Shown: in pieces, positions 1 through 8,657 of the stretch
How the letters are laid out: every line of letters starts with the position of its first letter
Numbering within the stretch: the first letter of the stretch is position 1
Virus record (IMG/VR): IMGVR_UViG_3300037067_009054
Strand: one strand, 5' to 3'
Length of the DNA stretch: 64,000 nucleotides
Origin: an uncultured virus (IMG/VR IMGVR_UViG_3300037067_009054)
Taxonomy: Duplodnaviria; Heunggongvirae; Uroviricota; Caudoviricetes
Translations under genes and position numbers: made by a program
The notes under the pieces: generated by a model
The model's input: only the letters and a program-made list of their open reading frames with translations
The model's database searches: none
What the model was told of the DNA's origin: nothing

Positions 1-50
1 TGTCTGCATTTTTATCTATTCTACTTAGTACTAGTTTTGTTATTTCTAAA

Positions 51-836
51 TCATCCATTTTTGTTGTCTCCATTCGTTGCTAATTCTAATGTCATTTTCC
101 CATATGTTGTGTTTCCTCTTTTCTCAAGCCATTTCTGTCGAAATAGCTTAGTTTTCCTATAGATTCTATCTATTTGGTGCATAGGTGCGTTATTATTTGC
201 TAAAATTCTGCAAAATGCAAGTTCGGCTTCTGACTGGCTGGCGTAGCCAGCCAGTGTGAAACGATTTTCCCATAACAATTGTAGTTTTTTTGCGTATTGT
301 TTATTCATTAGTCTTGAAATTAGTCCTTTGTCGTCTATCGAGTTGAAAAGCCAGTTTATTCCTTCTTGATTCTTTTTTATTTCTTCTCTTCCTTCCAGCG
401 GGTCTAAAGTTACTGTGAAGTACCTCCCTGAATCATACATTTCTATTCCACCAGTTTCATGTGATCCTATCTTTCTGGCGTTTATCTCTCCTGGTATGAA
501 ACCTTCCACAATTATGTGATAACCATTTCCGGAAGGGCTTGTTTCTGTGTAACTATCTAGTTTCTCTATAATTTCCTCCCATCCGTACCACTTTTTTACG
601 TCGTCTAAATCTATTCCTAGATACGGATCATTTTCACTGAAACAAAAACCGATTCCATCAAAAAGTTCTGGATGTACTAATTTCTCTTCTAATGCCTGGT
701 TAAAAGATTTCCAACACGCAGGGTTTGTTACATTTGTAGCTCTCCCATTCTTTCCTAATGGAACTTTGGTCTTTTTTCCTGATCTCTCTCTTTCAGCCCA
801 CAATACCCATTGTTTGTAATTCCGCATTGTTATCAT
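51..836 (-). CDS. Primase-polymerase (AEP superfamily, NrS-1/COG4983-like) with C-terminal helical domain
   Basis: QWVLW..KVP, GIGF...GIDLD (DxD), SYTETSPSGNGYH, IEMYDSGRYFTVT, SQSEAELAF motifs. Confidence 0.85.
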   Translation of the reverse strand: MITMRNYKQWVLWAERERSGKKTKVPLGKNGRATNVTNPACWKSFNQALEEKLVHPELFDGIGFCFSENDPYLGIDLDDVKKWYGWEEIIEKLDSYTETSPSGNGYHIIVEGFIPGEINARKIGSHETGGIEMYDSGRYFTVTLDPLEGREEIKKNQEGINWLFNSIDDKGLISRLMNKQYAKKLQLLWENRFTLAGYASQSEAELAFCRILANNNAPMHQIDRIYRKTKLFRQKWLEKRGNTTYGKMTLELATNGDNKNG

Positions 837-1191
837 AGTTATCTCTTGTTTCTACTTCAATCGTAAGCCACCAAATGTAATCATTTATGTCTTTTTCCCA
901 TCTTTTCTTGGTAATATGATATATTTTATGTAATCTTGAGTCGTTTCCGTGTCCTCTACACCATTTTGAAGGGTGTAATGGGCAATTTTTGCAATACATG
1001 AAACGCCTGTTATTAATTTTGTCTACTTCTTCGCATATTTTGCATGTTTGCCAAGGCATTCTGTCATATTTTACTTTGTATCCTTCCCATCCTTCTACTA
1101 GTAGTTGTGTGAATTTTTTAATTGATTCGTTTATTGCATCGCTTGATATACTATTAAGCGAGATTTGGACTAAATCATCGTTGTTGTTCAT
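793..1191 (-). CDS. Cys-rich hypothetical protein
   Basis: CKIC and CKNCP..C motifs; tiles with neighbours. Confidence 0.6.
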   Translation of the reverse strand: MNNNDDLVQISLNSISSDAINESIKKFTQLLVEGWEGYKVKYDRMPWQTCKICEEVDKINNRRFMYCKNCPLHPSKWCRGHGNDSRLHKIYHITKKRWEKDINDYIWWLTIEVETRDNYDNNAELQTMGIVG

Positions 1192-1234
1192 GTTTTTCTC
1201 CCAATCGGCCTGCTGTTGTGTGCCGATTACATAT

Positions 1235-1432
1235 CTAATTCTTCTTCGAATCCATAGTTTTATATATTTTTTCGATTATTTCTAGTGTATTTGATGGTTC
1301 AAAGTCAAAATCCCATTTGTTTCTTGATATTTTTTTTGCTGTGAAATGTATTCCATTTTTTATTAGTAATTTTGCCATTAAAATTGCATCATTTTTTGTC
1401 TTAGTAGTTACTAACATAAATTTTTCCTCCAT
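1235..1432 (-). CDS. Hypothetical protein
   Basis: 65-aa ORF directly after a junction hairpin; minus-strand codon bias. Confidence 0.55.
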   Translation of the reverse strand: MEEKFMLVTTKTKNDAILMAKLLIKNGIHFTAKKISRNKWDFDFEPSNTLEIIEKIYKTMDSKKN

Positions 1433-1436
1433 ATAG

Positions 1437-1466
1437 CTAATCGGTCCGCAACAGCGGGCCGATTAG
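1437..1466. repeat. Intergenic GC-rich hairpin (AATCGG family)
   Basis: ctaatcggtccgc-aaca-gcgggccgattag, overlapping the upstream stop codon. Confidence 0.85.
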
Positions 1467-2071
1467 ATTGATCCAATCCATTCGTTATTCTTTTCTGCGT
1501 AAGGATCTGATGTTTTTGCTTTATTTTCTAGCATATCTGCGAATATTCGCAGTTCGTTCCGTTTCTGGTGTTGGCAAAGTCTCCAAGCGATTACGAAAGC
1601 TGTTCGCTCTTCGAGCGACCAGCTATTCACCAAGTCTATGATGTTAGCTCCGTGTAATGCACGTAGTATCGTTACGTTAATCCTCCCTAGAGCGTTTGCC
1701 GTCAGGCAAATGCTCTGTGAGTTTTGGTTTCTCGTGATTCTTCTGATTTTAAGTTTCTTTTTTTCTGGTTTTTGATTTGCTTTTATTTCTGTTATTACTT
1801 GATCTAAGTTCGTTCTTATGTGCCACCAAGGGAATGTTCCGAATTCTGTTTTTAGAATTGGAGGTAAAATTAATACATTAAAACCCCATTTAGTTTCTGG
1901 TCCATATTGTGTCAATTTTGGTCTTATTGAACGGATTTCAGTTGCCAATTGTTTTAGTTCATTTTCTGTAGTTGTTTCTATTTGTTTTTCTTTAAATTCT
2001 ATGTGTTTTTCTTCCAATACTATTTTGATGGTTTTACTTTCGTAGTTATTTCCTATGTAAAGTGTAATCAT
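1463..2071 (-). CDS. Hypothetical protein, N-terminus glutaredoxin/NrdH-like but without CxxC
   Basis: Start moved to ATG 2071 (ATGA overlap); MITLY...K.VLEEKHIEFKEKQI...LPPIL pattern. Confidence 0.5.
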   Translation of the reverse strand: MITLYIGNNYESKTIKIVLEEKHIEFKEKQIETTTENELKQLATEIRSIRPKLTQYGPETKWGFNVLILPPILKTEFGTFPWWHIRTNLDQVITEIKANQKPEKKKLKIRRITRNQNSQSICLTANALGRINVTILRALHGANIIDLVNSWSLEERTAFVIAWRLCQHQKRNELRIFADMLENKAKTSDPYAEKNNEWIGSI

Positions 2072-2331
2072 TGTAATCTCTTCTGTTTTTCTTTTTCTTC
2101 CATTCTTTTTCCTAAATCCATGAAATAATTTCCAAATTCTTCTTGCTTTTCTTTTGACATGTCTCCGTTTGTTGCTACAATTTCTTGTAGTATATTTATT
2201 ACCCCTTTTAGTGATTCTTTGCATAATTCATCTATTTCTTTTGTTTTAATTATTTCTATTGCGTCACTTGTTAAAATGTCTGCAATCATTTTTAGTGCAA
2301 TTGCATTTTGTTTTATTAAATATTCTTCCAT
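2068..2331 (-). CDS. Hypothetical helical protein
   Basis: GGAG RBS after hairpin; ATGA coupling to next gene. Confidence 0.65.
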   Translation of the reverse strand: MEEYLIKQNAIALKMIADILTSDAIEIIKTKEIDELCKESLKGVINILQEIVATNGDMSKEKQEEFGNYFMDLGKRMEEKEKQKRLQ

Positions 2332-2346
2332 AGAAATTTCTCCTAC

Positions 2347-2373
2347 GAAGGCCCGCGCTTTGCGCGGGCCTTC
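2347..2373. repeat. Intergenic GC-rich hairpin
   Basis: gaaggcccgcgc-ttt-gcgcgggccttc, perfect 12-bp stem between stop and next RBS. Confidence 0.9.
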
Positions 2374-2376
2374 ATT

Positions 2377-3504
2377 TTAAGCGACTATTTTTATTAGGTT
2401 CTGTACGTTTCCTGCAATGTGATTTAATTCTCGTTGGCGTTCTACTCCGAATGTTTTTGATGCTTGTGTAATTCCGTTCGTTACCTGGAAAAGTGTATTT
2501 TTCTCTTCTGGTGCTACCGTTGTATCTCCCATCATTGCTGATATAATTGCTTTCATTTCTGCATCTGAAAGTTTTTCCGCTTTCTTAATCTGTTCTACTG
2601 CTACGGTTGGTTCTATTTTTACTTCTTTGCTCTCTGTTATTCCTGCAATAATTGGATCGAATAATTCGTCTGAAGCGATTCCGGCGTTTAATGAATCCCT
2701 CAAGATTTTGTTCCAAAGTTCGTTTTGCGTTTGCATTGTGTCTGGTGCGAAGATTCCTTCTTCTAGTTTTTCTCCTTTGTGGATTCTCCTAGATATTACT
2801 CCATGAAGCATTAGGTTCTGGCACATGTATCTCCAAACTCCTGCTTCTACTACCATTGCGCCATCTCCCACCTCACTGTTTTTGAAAATCATCATCTTTT
2901 TGTAAGTATCTCCTTTCCCTAAATCCCATTCTGTACCCTCGTCTATTATCTGTATGTACATATTGTGATCCGAGAATTGTGTTTTCTTGAATTTAATTGG
3001 TTTTTGTGTGTCATCTCTCATCAAGTTTGCTGCTTTTAGTGTATTTGCAATAGTATTGAATGCATCATAGTTATCAAATGGGTTGTATCCTGGCGAAACC
3101 AACGCCCTGTATGTATCTCCCACCGTCCTTACTCTATGTGGCTTTCCTTCAGAAAGCCACATATTCAAATGCGCTACTGCTTCGTTTATGTGGCCTTTTT
3201 CTACTAATGTGTCGTGGTATTTTTTTGGTAATTCTGTTATTCCGATGGTTTGATTTTTTGCCCATTGCGTTGGTTCGAAAATTTTCATTCCGTCTTCTGT
3301 GTCTATTACTAACGACCAATCATTTTCTCCAATTTCTGTAATATTTAATTTTGCTGGATCTGCGATGTAATCCAGGCTATTGTTTCTAATGTTCAGCAAG
3401 TATTTGATGGCATTTCCTAGAAATTTTTCATCAAATTCTCTATCTACAATTTTTGTAGGTAATGCTTCTTTACTAAGATCTAGTGTTTCGATTTCTTCTA
3501 CCAT
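2377..3504 (-). CDS. DUF932/DUF945-family protein
   Basis: RALVSPGYNPFDN and FKNSEVGDGA...WRYMCQNLM motifs. Confidence 0.75.
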   Translation of the reverse strand: MVEEIETLDLSKEALPTKIVDREFDEKFLGNAIKYLLNIRNNSLDYIADPAKLNITEIGENDWSLVIDTEDGMKIFEPTQWAKNQTIGITELPKKYHDTLVEKGHINEAVAHLNMWLSEGKPHRVRTVGDTYRALVSPGYNPFDNYDAFNTIANTLKAANLMRDDTQKPIKFKKTQFSDHNMYIQIIDEGTEWDLGKGDTYKKMMIFKNSEVGDGAMVVEAGVWRYMCQNLMLHGVISRRIHKGEKLEEGIFAPDTMQTQNELWNKILRDSLNAGIASDELFDPIIAGITESKEVKIEPTVAVEQIKKAEKLSDAEMKAIISAMMGDTTVAPEEKNTLFQVTNGITQASKTFGVERQRELNHIAGNVQNLIKIVA

Positions 3505-3506
3505 AG

Positions 3507-4040
3507 TTAATCCTCCAATCCAGTCGCGCTCGCCGCTGCGAGCGCGACTGTGATTTCTTCTTCTGTGAATCCGATTTCTTTTAGTTTGTATATTGCTTCG
3601 TGTTTTAAGTCTTCTATCACTTCGTTGAAATATTTTTCTCCTGAATCTGATTCAATTCCCCACGATGAATTGTCTATATCTAAAATTCCCCAATTTTTTC
3701 CATCTTCTGAGATTCCTACTTGTATTTTTAGTATTATTCCAATCATTGACCATTTATCTCTGTAGTAATCTATCAATCTTTGTCTATCTTTTCTTGCGTA
3801 AGTCCAGTCTGCCTTTTTTAAAGAGCCATATTGTTTAATTACTTTTTCTTTATCTTCTTGTGATACATGATTCCAATTTTTTGGATTGTGAGGCCAATGG
3901 TTTGCAGGAGTGAACCAAAATCCATCATATGTCTCCATATCAAATGATTTTCTATTTCCTCTATGAAATTTTCCTAAGTAAGAAAGATCTGCGTCGTTAT
4001 CGTGTTGTTTCTGTGTTTTAATTGACATTATTTTTTTCAT
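3507..4040 (-). CDS. Hypothetical protein, paralog of 8069-8533
   Basis: Shared D.D.DLS[YW]LGK and WGIESDSGE.Y motifs. Confidence 0.75.
   Translation of the reverse strand: MKKIMSIKTQKQHDNDADLSYLGKFHRGNRKSFDMETYDGFWFTPANHWPHNPKNWNHVSQEDKEKVIKQYGSLKKADWTYARKDRQRLIDYYRDKWSMIGIILKIQVGISEDGKNWGILDIDNSSWGIESDSGEKYFNEVIEDLKHEAIYKLKEIGFTEEEITVALAAASATGLED
3521..3550. repeat. GC-rich hairpin (AGTCGCG family) in the 3' end of an ORF
   Basis: cagtcgcgctcgc-cgct-gcgagcgcgactg. Confidence 0.9.
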
Positions 4041-4540
4041 TTGAATTGTCCTCGTAATCTTCCTAGCATTTCCATAGCTGCTGATAAGTCTACGTAAGAT
4101 TCATTTCTACTAATTACATGTGGTTGAATTCTTTCTTGTATGCATTTTAGTGTGTGTTCTACAAGCCATCCATCGCGTTTTCTTAATACTTTTTTAAATC
4201 CTTTTCCCCATTCTAGATCTGAAAGCATTTCTGCGATTGTATCTCCTAAATAATCTCCTAACATGTATCTGTCTGCTCTGTAGTGTCCATTATGAAAGTG
4301 AATTGCTAGTTTTATTCCGTTGTCTTTTGGATCTCTTTTTAATATTACTGAAAAATCTTGCCATCCATCGTAATAACCGTTTTCGTTCATGCAATGAAAC
4401 GAGTTTGTACATTTAATGTATCCATGTTTGTATTCTATGTACCAATCTGCATTTATCCCCGATCCATGTGGTAATGCATTTGGTATTTCTTCTGCCCATT
4501 CTGGTAAGTTTTTTGCTTCTCCTGTCATTATAACCACCAT
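4037..4540 (-). CDS. Hypothetical protein, paralog of 6315-6800
   Basis: Shared ALPHGSGI..WYI, FHCMNENG.Y.G.Q.F, WGKGF.KVLR motifs. Confidence 0.8.
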   Translation of the reverse strand: MVVIMTGEAKNLPEWAEEIPNALPHGSGINADWYIEYKHGYIKCTNSFHCMNENGYYDGWQDFSVILKRDPKDNGIKLAIHFHNGHYRADRYMLGDYLGDTIAEMLSDLEWGKGFKKVLRKRDGWLVEHTLKCIQERIQPHVISRNESYVDLSAAMEMLGRLRGQFK

Positions 4541-5184
4541 CTTTTTGTTACTTCTGGATATTTTTGTTCGTATTTCTTACGTTTTTCATAGTTTGAACAT
4601 TTGTTATCTCTTTCGTAATATTCATTTGGTATTTTTGGATTTTTTACTGTTCCGAATTGTTCTTTTTTACATCCACATGCCCAAATTCTTCCTTTAATGT
4701 CTATTAGAATATCATCACATACACATTCGTATTTACGATATTCTTCTCCTACTCCCGTTTTCGCTGCTCTTCCTATTGGGATTGGTCGTTTTATATCTCT
4801 AAGTGCTTTCATTTTTTCAAAAGCTTCAAACACTTTATTATCTACCATCGAGGAATCGTGCCAATCGTCCCAAGATAATTCTGCTCCTATTACTTCTTTT
4901 TTTGCTAATTTTGCTAGTAACAGTGATATGTTCTTATTTGTTCCATTTGTTATTACGTGTGGTCCCATGTCTTCCTGTAAAGCTATTCCGTGTATTAAAA
5001 TTGTTAAAAAATCTGGGTGTAGTGTTGGTTCTCCTCCTCCTATTGTGTAATATTCTCCTGTTTCTTGTCCTAATTTCATTGCATCTATCATTGTTTCTGT
5101 TTTCGCGTGTTTTCCTCTTGGTCCACACGAATTACAGCAATGTGCGCATCTCATATTGCATTTATTTGTAATTTGTAGGTACAT
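4528..5184 (-). CDS. Radical SAM protein with short Cys-containing C-terminal (Twitch/SPASM-like) region
   Basis: ITNKCNMRCAHC (CxxxCxxC), GGGEPTLH, ITNGT. Confidence 0.9.
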   Translation of the reverse strand: MYLQITNKCNMRCAHCCNSCGPRGKHAKTETMIDAMKLGQETGEYYTIGGGEPTLHPDFLTILIHGIALQEDMGPHVITNGTNKNISLLLAKLAKKEVIGAELSWDDWHDSSMVDNKVFEAFEKMKALRDIKRPIPIGRAAKTGVGEEYRKYECVCDDILIDIKGRIWACGCKKEQFGTVKNPKIPNEYYERDNKCSNYEKRKKYEQKYPEVTKRWWL

Positions 5185-5190
5185 GTAAAA

Positions 5191-5223
5191 CTCCTAAAGC
5201 CTCGCGCCATCAGGCGCGAAGCT
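5191..5223. repeat. Hairpin+RBS direct repeat, copy 1
   Basis: ctcctaaagcctcgcgccatcaggcgcgaagct; 32/33 identical to 5591-5623. Confidence 0.9.
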
Positions 5224-5230
5224 AAAATGG

Positions 5231-5584
5231 CTAAAATATTTCTAAGTATTCTGATTTATAGCATTTGTTACATACCATTGTTGATTTTGATGTATTCCCA
5301 CACCAATTGCATCTTGCTTTTCCTGGTCTTTCGTCGTCTATTACTTTTTCTACGTATTCTTCCATTATTCGCATTCCAAGTTCCGATACTCCTGGTATTG
5401 GAACTGTATTAAATTGATCTTCGAATAAGTATTTTGTGTCTACTTCTATTGTCATCCCGTTTATTTTTTCTAGCATGTTTCCGAAATTCATCATGCTTTT
5501 TGGTGGAACTGCTGCTCCTCTATATGTCGTATTCATGTTATTCCAATAAATTTTGCTTGCATTGTCTTTAATTTTAATTTTCAT
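5231..5584 (-). CDS. Hypothetical protein with C-terminal Zn ribbon
   Basis: CNWC...CNKC; bracketed by the 33-bp direct repeats. Confidence 0.75.
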   Translation of the reverse strand: MKIKIKDNASKIYWNNMNTTYRGAAVPPKSMMNFGNMLEKINGMTIEVDTKYLFEDQFNTVPIPGVSELGMRIMEEYVEKVIDDERPGKARCNWCGNTSKSTMVCNKCYKSEYLEIF

Positions 5585-5590
5585 TGTTTT

Positions 5591-5623
5591 CTCCTAAAGC
5601 CTCGCGCCATCAGGCGCGAGGCT
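5591..5623. repeat. Hairpin+RBS direct repeat, copy 2
   Basis: ctcctaaagcctcgcgccatcaggcgcgaggct; TGA of the upstream gene lies in the loop. Confidence 0.9.
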
Positions 5624-6182
5624 TATAAAGTCCTGCCATTAAATCTCCTTTGATTATGTCCCATCCTGTCGATCCTATTCTATTTTCTGGTCTGTCCATG
5701 AAAAATCCAAATAATCCTGATACTAAATTGATGTCCTTTCTTGCTTCTTTCATCAAGTTATCTGCATTGTTTCCATACAGTGTTTTTAAGTTTGCACTTA
5801 TTCCATATTCCTCTAGTAACTCTGCTCTCATCTCTTCTGATAATTCTTTTTCTTGTATTTCTCTTCCACATGATTCAATTGCTCTTTTTATTTCTTCTTT
5901 TGGTACTTGTGATGGTGCAACTGCATGAATTTCTACTACGTATCTATTTCCATCACATTTTTCACCAGTTGCTTCTTCGAAATTCATGAATGATACAATT
6001 AACCAGTAATCAAAATCTCCGTTATTTAGTCTCTTTGTTATCCATTTTGCTCCAAATGCTTTCCAGTCTATGTCTCCTGATAAAAGTTTTAGTTTTAGCA
6101 TTTTAATTTTATCTCCCATTTTCTTCATATGGTCTTCCCATTCCATGAATATAGTCATCATTGTCTGATTGTTGTTTTCCAA
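5610..6182 (-). CDS. Hypothetical protein (true start may be nearer 6101)
   Basis: Long ORF with minus-strand codon bias; GGAG precedes MLKLK. Confidence 0.7.
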   Translation of the reverse strand: MENNNQTMMTIFMEWEDHMKKMGDKIKMLKLKLLSGDIDWKAFGAKWITKRLNNGDFDYWLIVSFMNFEEATGEKCDGNRYVVEIHAVAPSQVPKEEIKRAIESCGREIQEKELSEEMRAELLEEYGISANLKTLYGNNADNLMKEARKDINLVSGLFGFFMDRPENRIGSTGWDIIKGDLMAGLYKPRA

Positions 6183-6315
6183 AGTCCGTAATCACGAAAT
6201 CTCCGTTCTCATCTTCTCTGTACCATCCTGTATATTTTATCATGTGTTTTAAAAAGTCTTTTATTCTTTCATTTTGTTTTTCTATTTCTTCTCTTGTTAT
6301 TTTGTTTCTGTACAT
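6109..6315 (-). CDS. Hypothetical protein
   Basis: TAATG-coupled 68-aa ORF. Confidence 0.55.
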   Translation of the reverse strand: MYRNKITREEIEKQNERIKDFLKHMIKYTGWYREDENGDFVITDFGKQQSDNDDYIHGMGRPYEENGR

Positions 6316-6800
6316 TATTTTATCATCTCTCTTAGTCGTTCTATTTGATGCATTGCTTCTGATAGGTCTACGAAACTTGGTGTTCCACTTATTACATGTG
6401 ATTGTATCCTATGCTGTATTGATGCTAATCTGTAGTCTACCATTTCTGCGTCTTTTGCTCTCAGTACTTTTCTGAATCCCTTTCCCCATTCGAAGTCTGA
6501 AAGCATTTCTGAAATTGTGTCTTCCAAGTATTCTCTTAGCATGTGTTTTTTTGCTAGATACTGACTTCCGTTGAAGTGAACTGTTACTTTTACGTTCGGT
6601 CTTAGTATTACAGTGAATGGTTGGTATCCTTCGTACATTCCATTTTCGTTCATGCAATGAAATTCATTTGAACATCTGATGTATCCTGCCATTCCTCTTA
6701 TGTACCAGTTACAATCTATTCCGCTTCCATGTGGTAGTGCATCACCTAAACCTTCTGCCCATTTTGGAAGATCTATTTCTTCTGCTACTCCGAATGACAT
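6315..6800 (-). CDS. Hypothetical protein, paralog of 4037-4540
   Basis: Same motifs as 4037-4540; GGAGG RBS. Confidence 0.8.
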   Translation of the reverse strand: MSFGVAEEIDLPKWAEGLGDALPHGSGIDCNWYIRGMAGYIRCSNEFHCMNENGMYEGYQPFTVILRPNVKVTVHFNGSQYLAKKHMLREYLEDTISEMLSDFEWGKGFRKVLRAKDAEMVDYRLASIQHRIQSHVISGTPSFVDLSEAMHQIERLREMIK

Positions 6801-6814
6801 TAAAATTCCTCCAC

Positions 6815-6842
6815 TAAAGTCGGCCTGGTTGGGCCGACTTTA
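6815..6842. repeat. Intergenic hairpin (AAAGTCGGCC family)
   Basis: taaagtcggcct-ggtt-gggccgacttta; near copy at 8626-8651. Confidence 0.9.
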
Positions 6843-6844
6843 TT

Positions 6845-7105
6845 TCATTGGTGCGTTAGTTTCCATGTCGATTCATCGAATTCCCGTTTTGCGAATTCAC
6901 TCAATTTCATGTGGTTCTGTTTGAAGTCTCCCTTTGACCAGTCCACTTCCGATGCTTCCATTGGTGCTTCTTCTGCTAGTTGCGTTGAATTTGTCGTGTT
7001 CGTTGAGATGTATTCACACGGATTCACGTACACGATCATATCCATCGCTGTTCCCAATGACATCATTGTCATTGCCATTACGATCGCTACTATTATTTTT
7101 TTCAT
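6845..7105 (-). CDS. Small secreted protein
   Basis: MKK + hydrophobic signal peptide. Confidence 0.65.
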   Translation of the reverse strand: MKKIIVAIVMAMTMMSLGTAMDMIVYVNPCEYISTNTTNSTQLAEEAPMEASEVDWSKGDFKQNHMKLSEFAKREFDESTWKLTHQ

Positions 7106-7139
7106 TTCTTTATTCCTCGCTGGCCGTGTAAGATCGTTC

Positions 7140-7430
7140 TTACACGGTTTCCAGGATTGTAAATTTTGTTCCGTTTAAGTATGTAATTTCCTTTTTATGT
7201 AAATTTCCATATCTCCATGTTTCGTTTATCATTGATCCTGAATTATCCGTGTAAGATCGTTCTCCGTTCCACATCTCTCCGTTGATCGTCAGTTCATCAT
7301 CAAAGTCCAGTACTAGTCCTGATGTGTCCAAGTTTACATTTACTCCATCCGAGCTAGAGAATGATACATCTATTCCTTTAGCCATCGTGCTTGCAAGCAC
7401 GATGGCGATTAATGCGAATATTAGTTTCAT
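7140..7430 (-). CDS. Small secreted protein
   Basis: Start moved to ATG 7430 after AGGAG; MKLIFALIAIVLAS signal peptide. Confidence 0.65.
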   Translation of the reverse strand: MKLIFALIAIVLASTMAKGIDVSFSSSDGVNVNLDTSGLVLDFDDELTINGEMWNGERSYTDNSGSMINETWRYGNLHKKEITYLNGTKFTILETV

Positions 7431-7489
7431 TGCTTGTTCTCCTTTTAGGTTATTTTTGCATTTGCATTTGCTACTTTCTGCCAAATTGC

Positions 7490-7900
7490 TCAACATTTTT
7501 TCAGTTCGTTATCTAGTACTTTGTCGTTTTTCTGTTTTGCTCTTATTTCTCCCATCTTAAATTCTTCTTCCAGTTCTGATATTGCATTTTCCCAACTTGT
7601 CTTTGCTTCTTCTATTCGCATTGTTCCTTCTATGTTCTTACTGCTTCTTAGTGCATTGTTTGCATCTTTCGATGATTCTCTGAATTTTGATTCTATCTTG
7701 TTGTAATTCCTTGGGTTCTCGTCCATCATTTCTGTTATGTTGTTCATGTCTTTTGACAGCACGTTTATATCATATCCTTCTTGTAGTATCCATTCCGTTT
7801 CCTGCTCTGAGAAATAATCTGGTTTCTGTGATATCAATTCTATTCCTATTAGCAATGCGAATGTTATTGCTATTACTGCTAATATTTTCATTGTTCTCAT
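7490..7900 (-). CDS. Membrane-anchored or secreted helical protein
   Basis: N-terminal hydrophobic helix; GGAGG RBS. Confidence 0.7.
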   Translation of the reverse strand: MRTMKILAVIAITFALLIGIELISQKPDYFSEQETEWILQEGYDINVLSKDMNNITEMMDENPRNYNKIESKFRESSKDANNALRSSKNIEGTMRIEEAKTSWENAISELEEEFKMGEIRAKQKNDKVLDNELKKC

Positions 7901-7901
7901 T

Positions 7902-8078
7902 TTAGTGCCTCCTTATGTGTCTTGTTAGTCTAAATGACATACCAAATTCTGCTCTGTCTATTTGCACTGGCATTGTTTTTTTGTTTTCTTCTTTTTTTCC
8001 TAGTCTTCGTCCACAGTGTTTGCAGTGTGATGGAATTGGATCTGTGTAGAATCTACTACAAAGGCAAGTTATTCCCAT
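7902..8078 (-). CDS. Small Zn-ribbon protein (not in ORF track)
   Basis: 58 aa MGITCLC...CKHCG filling the gap between genes. Confidence 0.4.
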   Translation of the reverse strand: MGITCLCSRFYTDPIPSHCKHCGRRLGKKEENKKTMPVQIDRAEFGMSFRLTRHIRRH

Positions 8079-8533
8079 AAATCTAGCTCCCTTCTTTCAA
8101 CATTACTTAATGCTTTATCTAGTTCAATCATTGAAAATCCTAGTTCTGATAGTTCGTATCTTAGTTCTTCCAGTTGTTCTTGTTCAATTTCTTTTATGTA
8201 CCATTCCCCACTGTCTGATTCTATTCCCCATAGCCCACTAGAACATTCTTTGTATGTTATTGTTTTGTTTCCTTGTTTCATTTCGCAAATTGCCATCGCT
8301 GTTATTCCTATGCACCACAATTGCCCATTGTTATATTTTTCGTATTTTTTGTAGTTTTCCATTCTGTAGTGTTCATTTGCTGGTTCAAAGTAACGATATT
8401 CATTTCTTCCCATGTCCCCTATTGCTTTTCTGTCAATACATCCTCTTGTGTATTTGTTAGTGTATTTTCCTAACCAGCTCAGATCCGGGTTGTCATCAAA
8501 TTTGTGAATTACTGTTATGCTTAAAATTTTCAT
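8069..8533 (-). CDS. Hypothetical protein, paralog of 3507-4040
   Basis: DDNPDLSWLGKY; LWGIESDSGEWY. Confidence 0.75.
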   Translation of the reverse strand: MKILSITVIHKFDDNPDLSWLGKYTNKYTRGCIDRKAIGDMGRNEYRYFEPANEHYRMENYKKYEKYNNGQLWCIGITAMAICEMKQGNKTITYKECSSGLWGIESDSGEWYIKEIEQEQLEELRYELSELGFSMIELDKALSNVERRELDLWE

Positions 8534-8625
8534 TTAAACCATCTCCATGCCAGGGTCAGAGGTTACGATTTTTGGAAGGAGGGAGTAAGATCTGGCAAAC
8601 AACCTCTGGCCTTTCTGGGGTTATT

Positions 8626-8651
8626 AAAGTCGGCCCCTTTGGGCCGACTTT
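8626..8651. repeat. Intergenic hairpin (AAAGTCGGCC family)
   Basis: aaagtcggccc-cttt-gggccgacttt. Confidence 0.9.
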
Positions 8652-8657
8652 GTCTGT

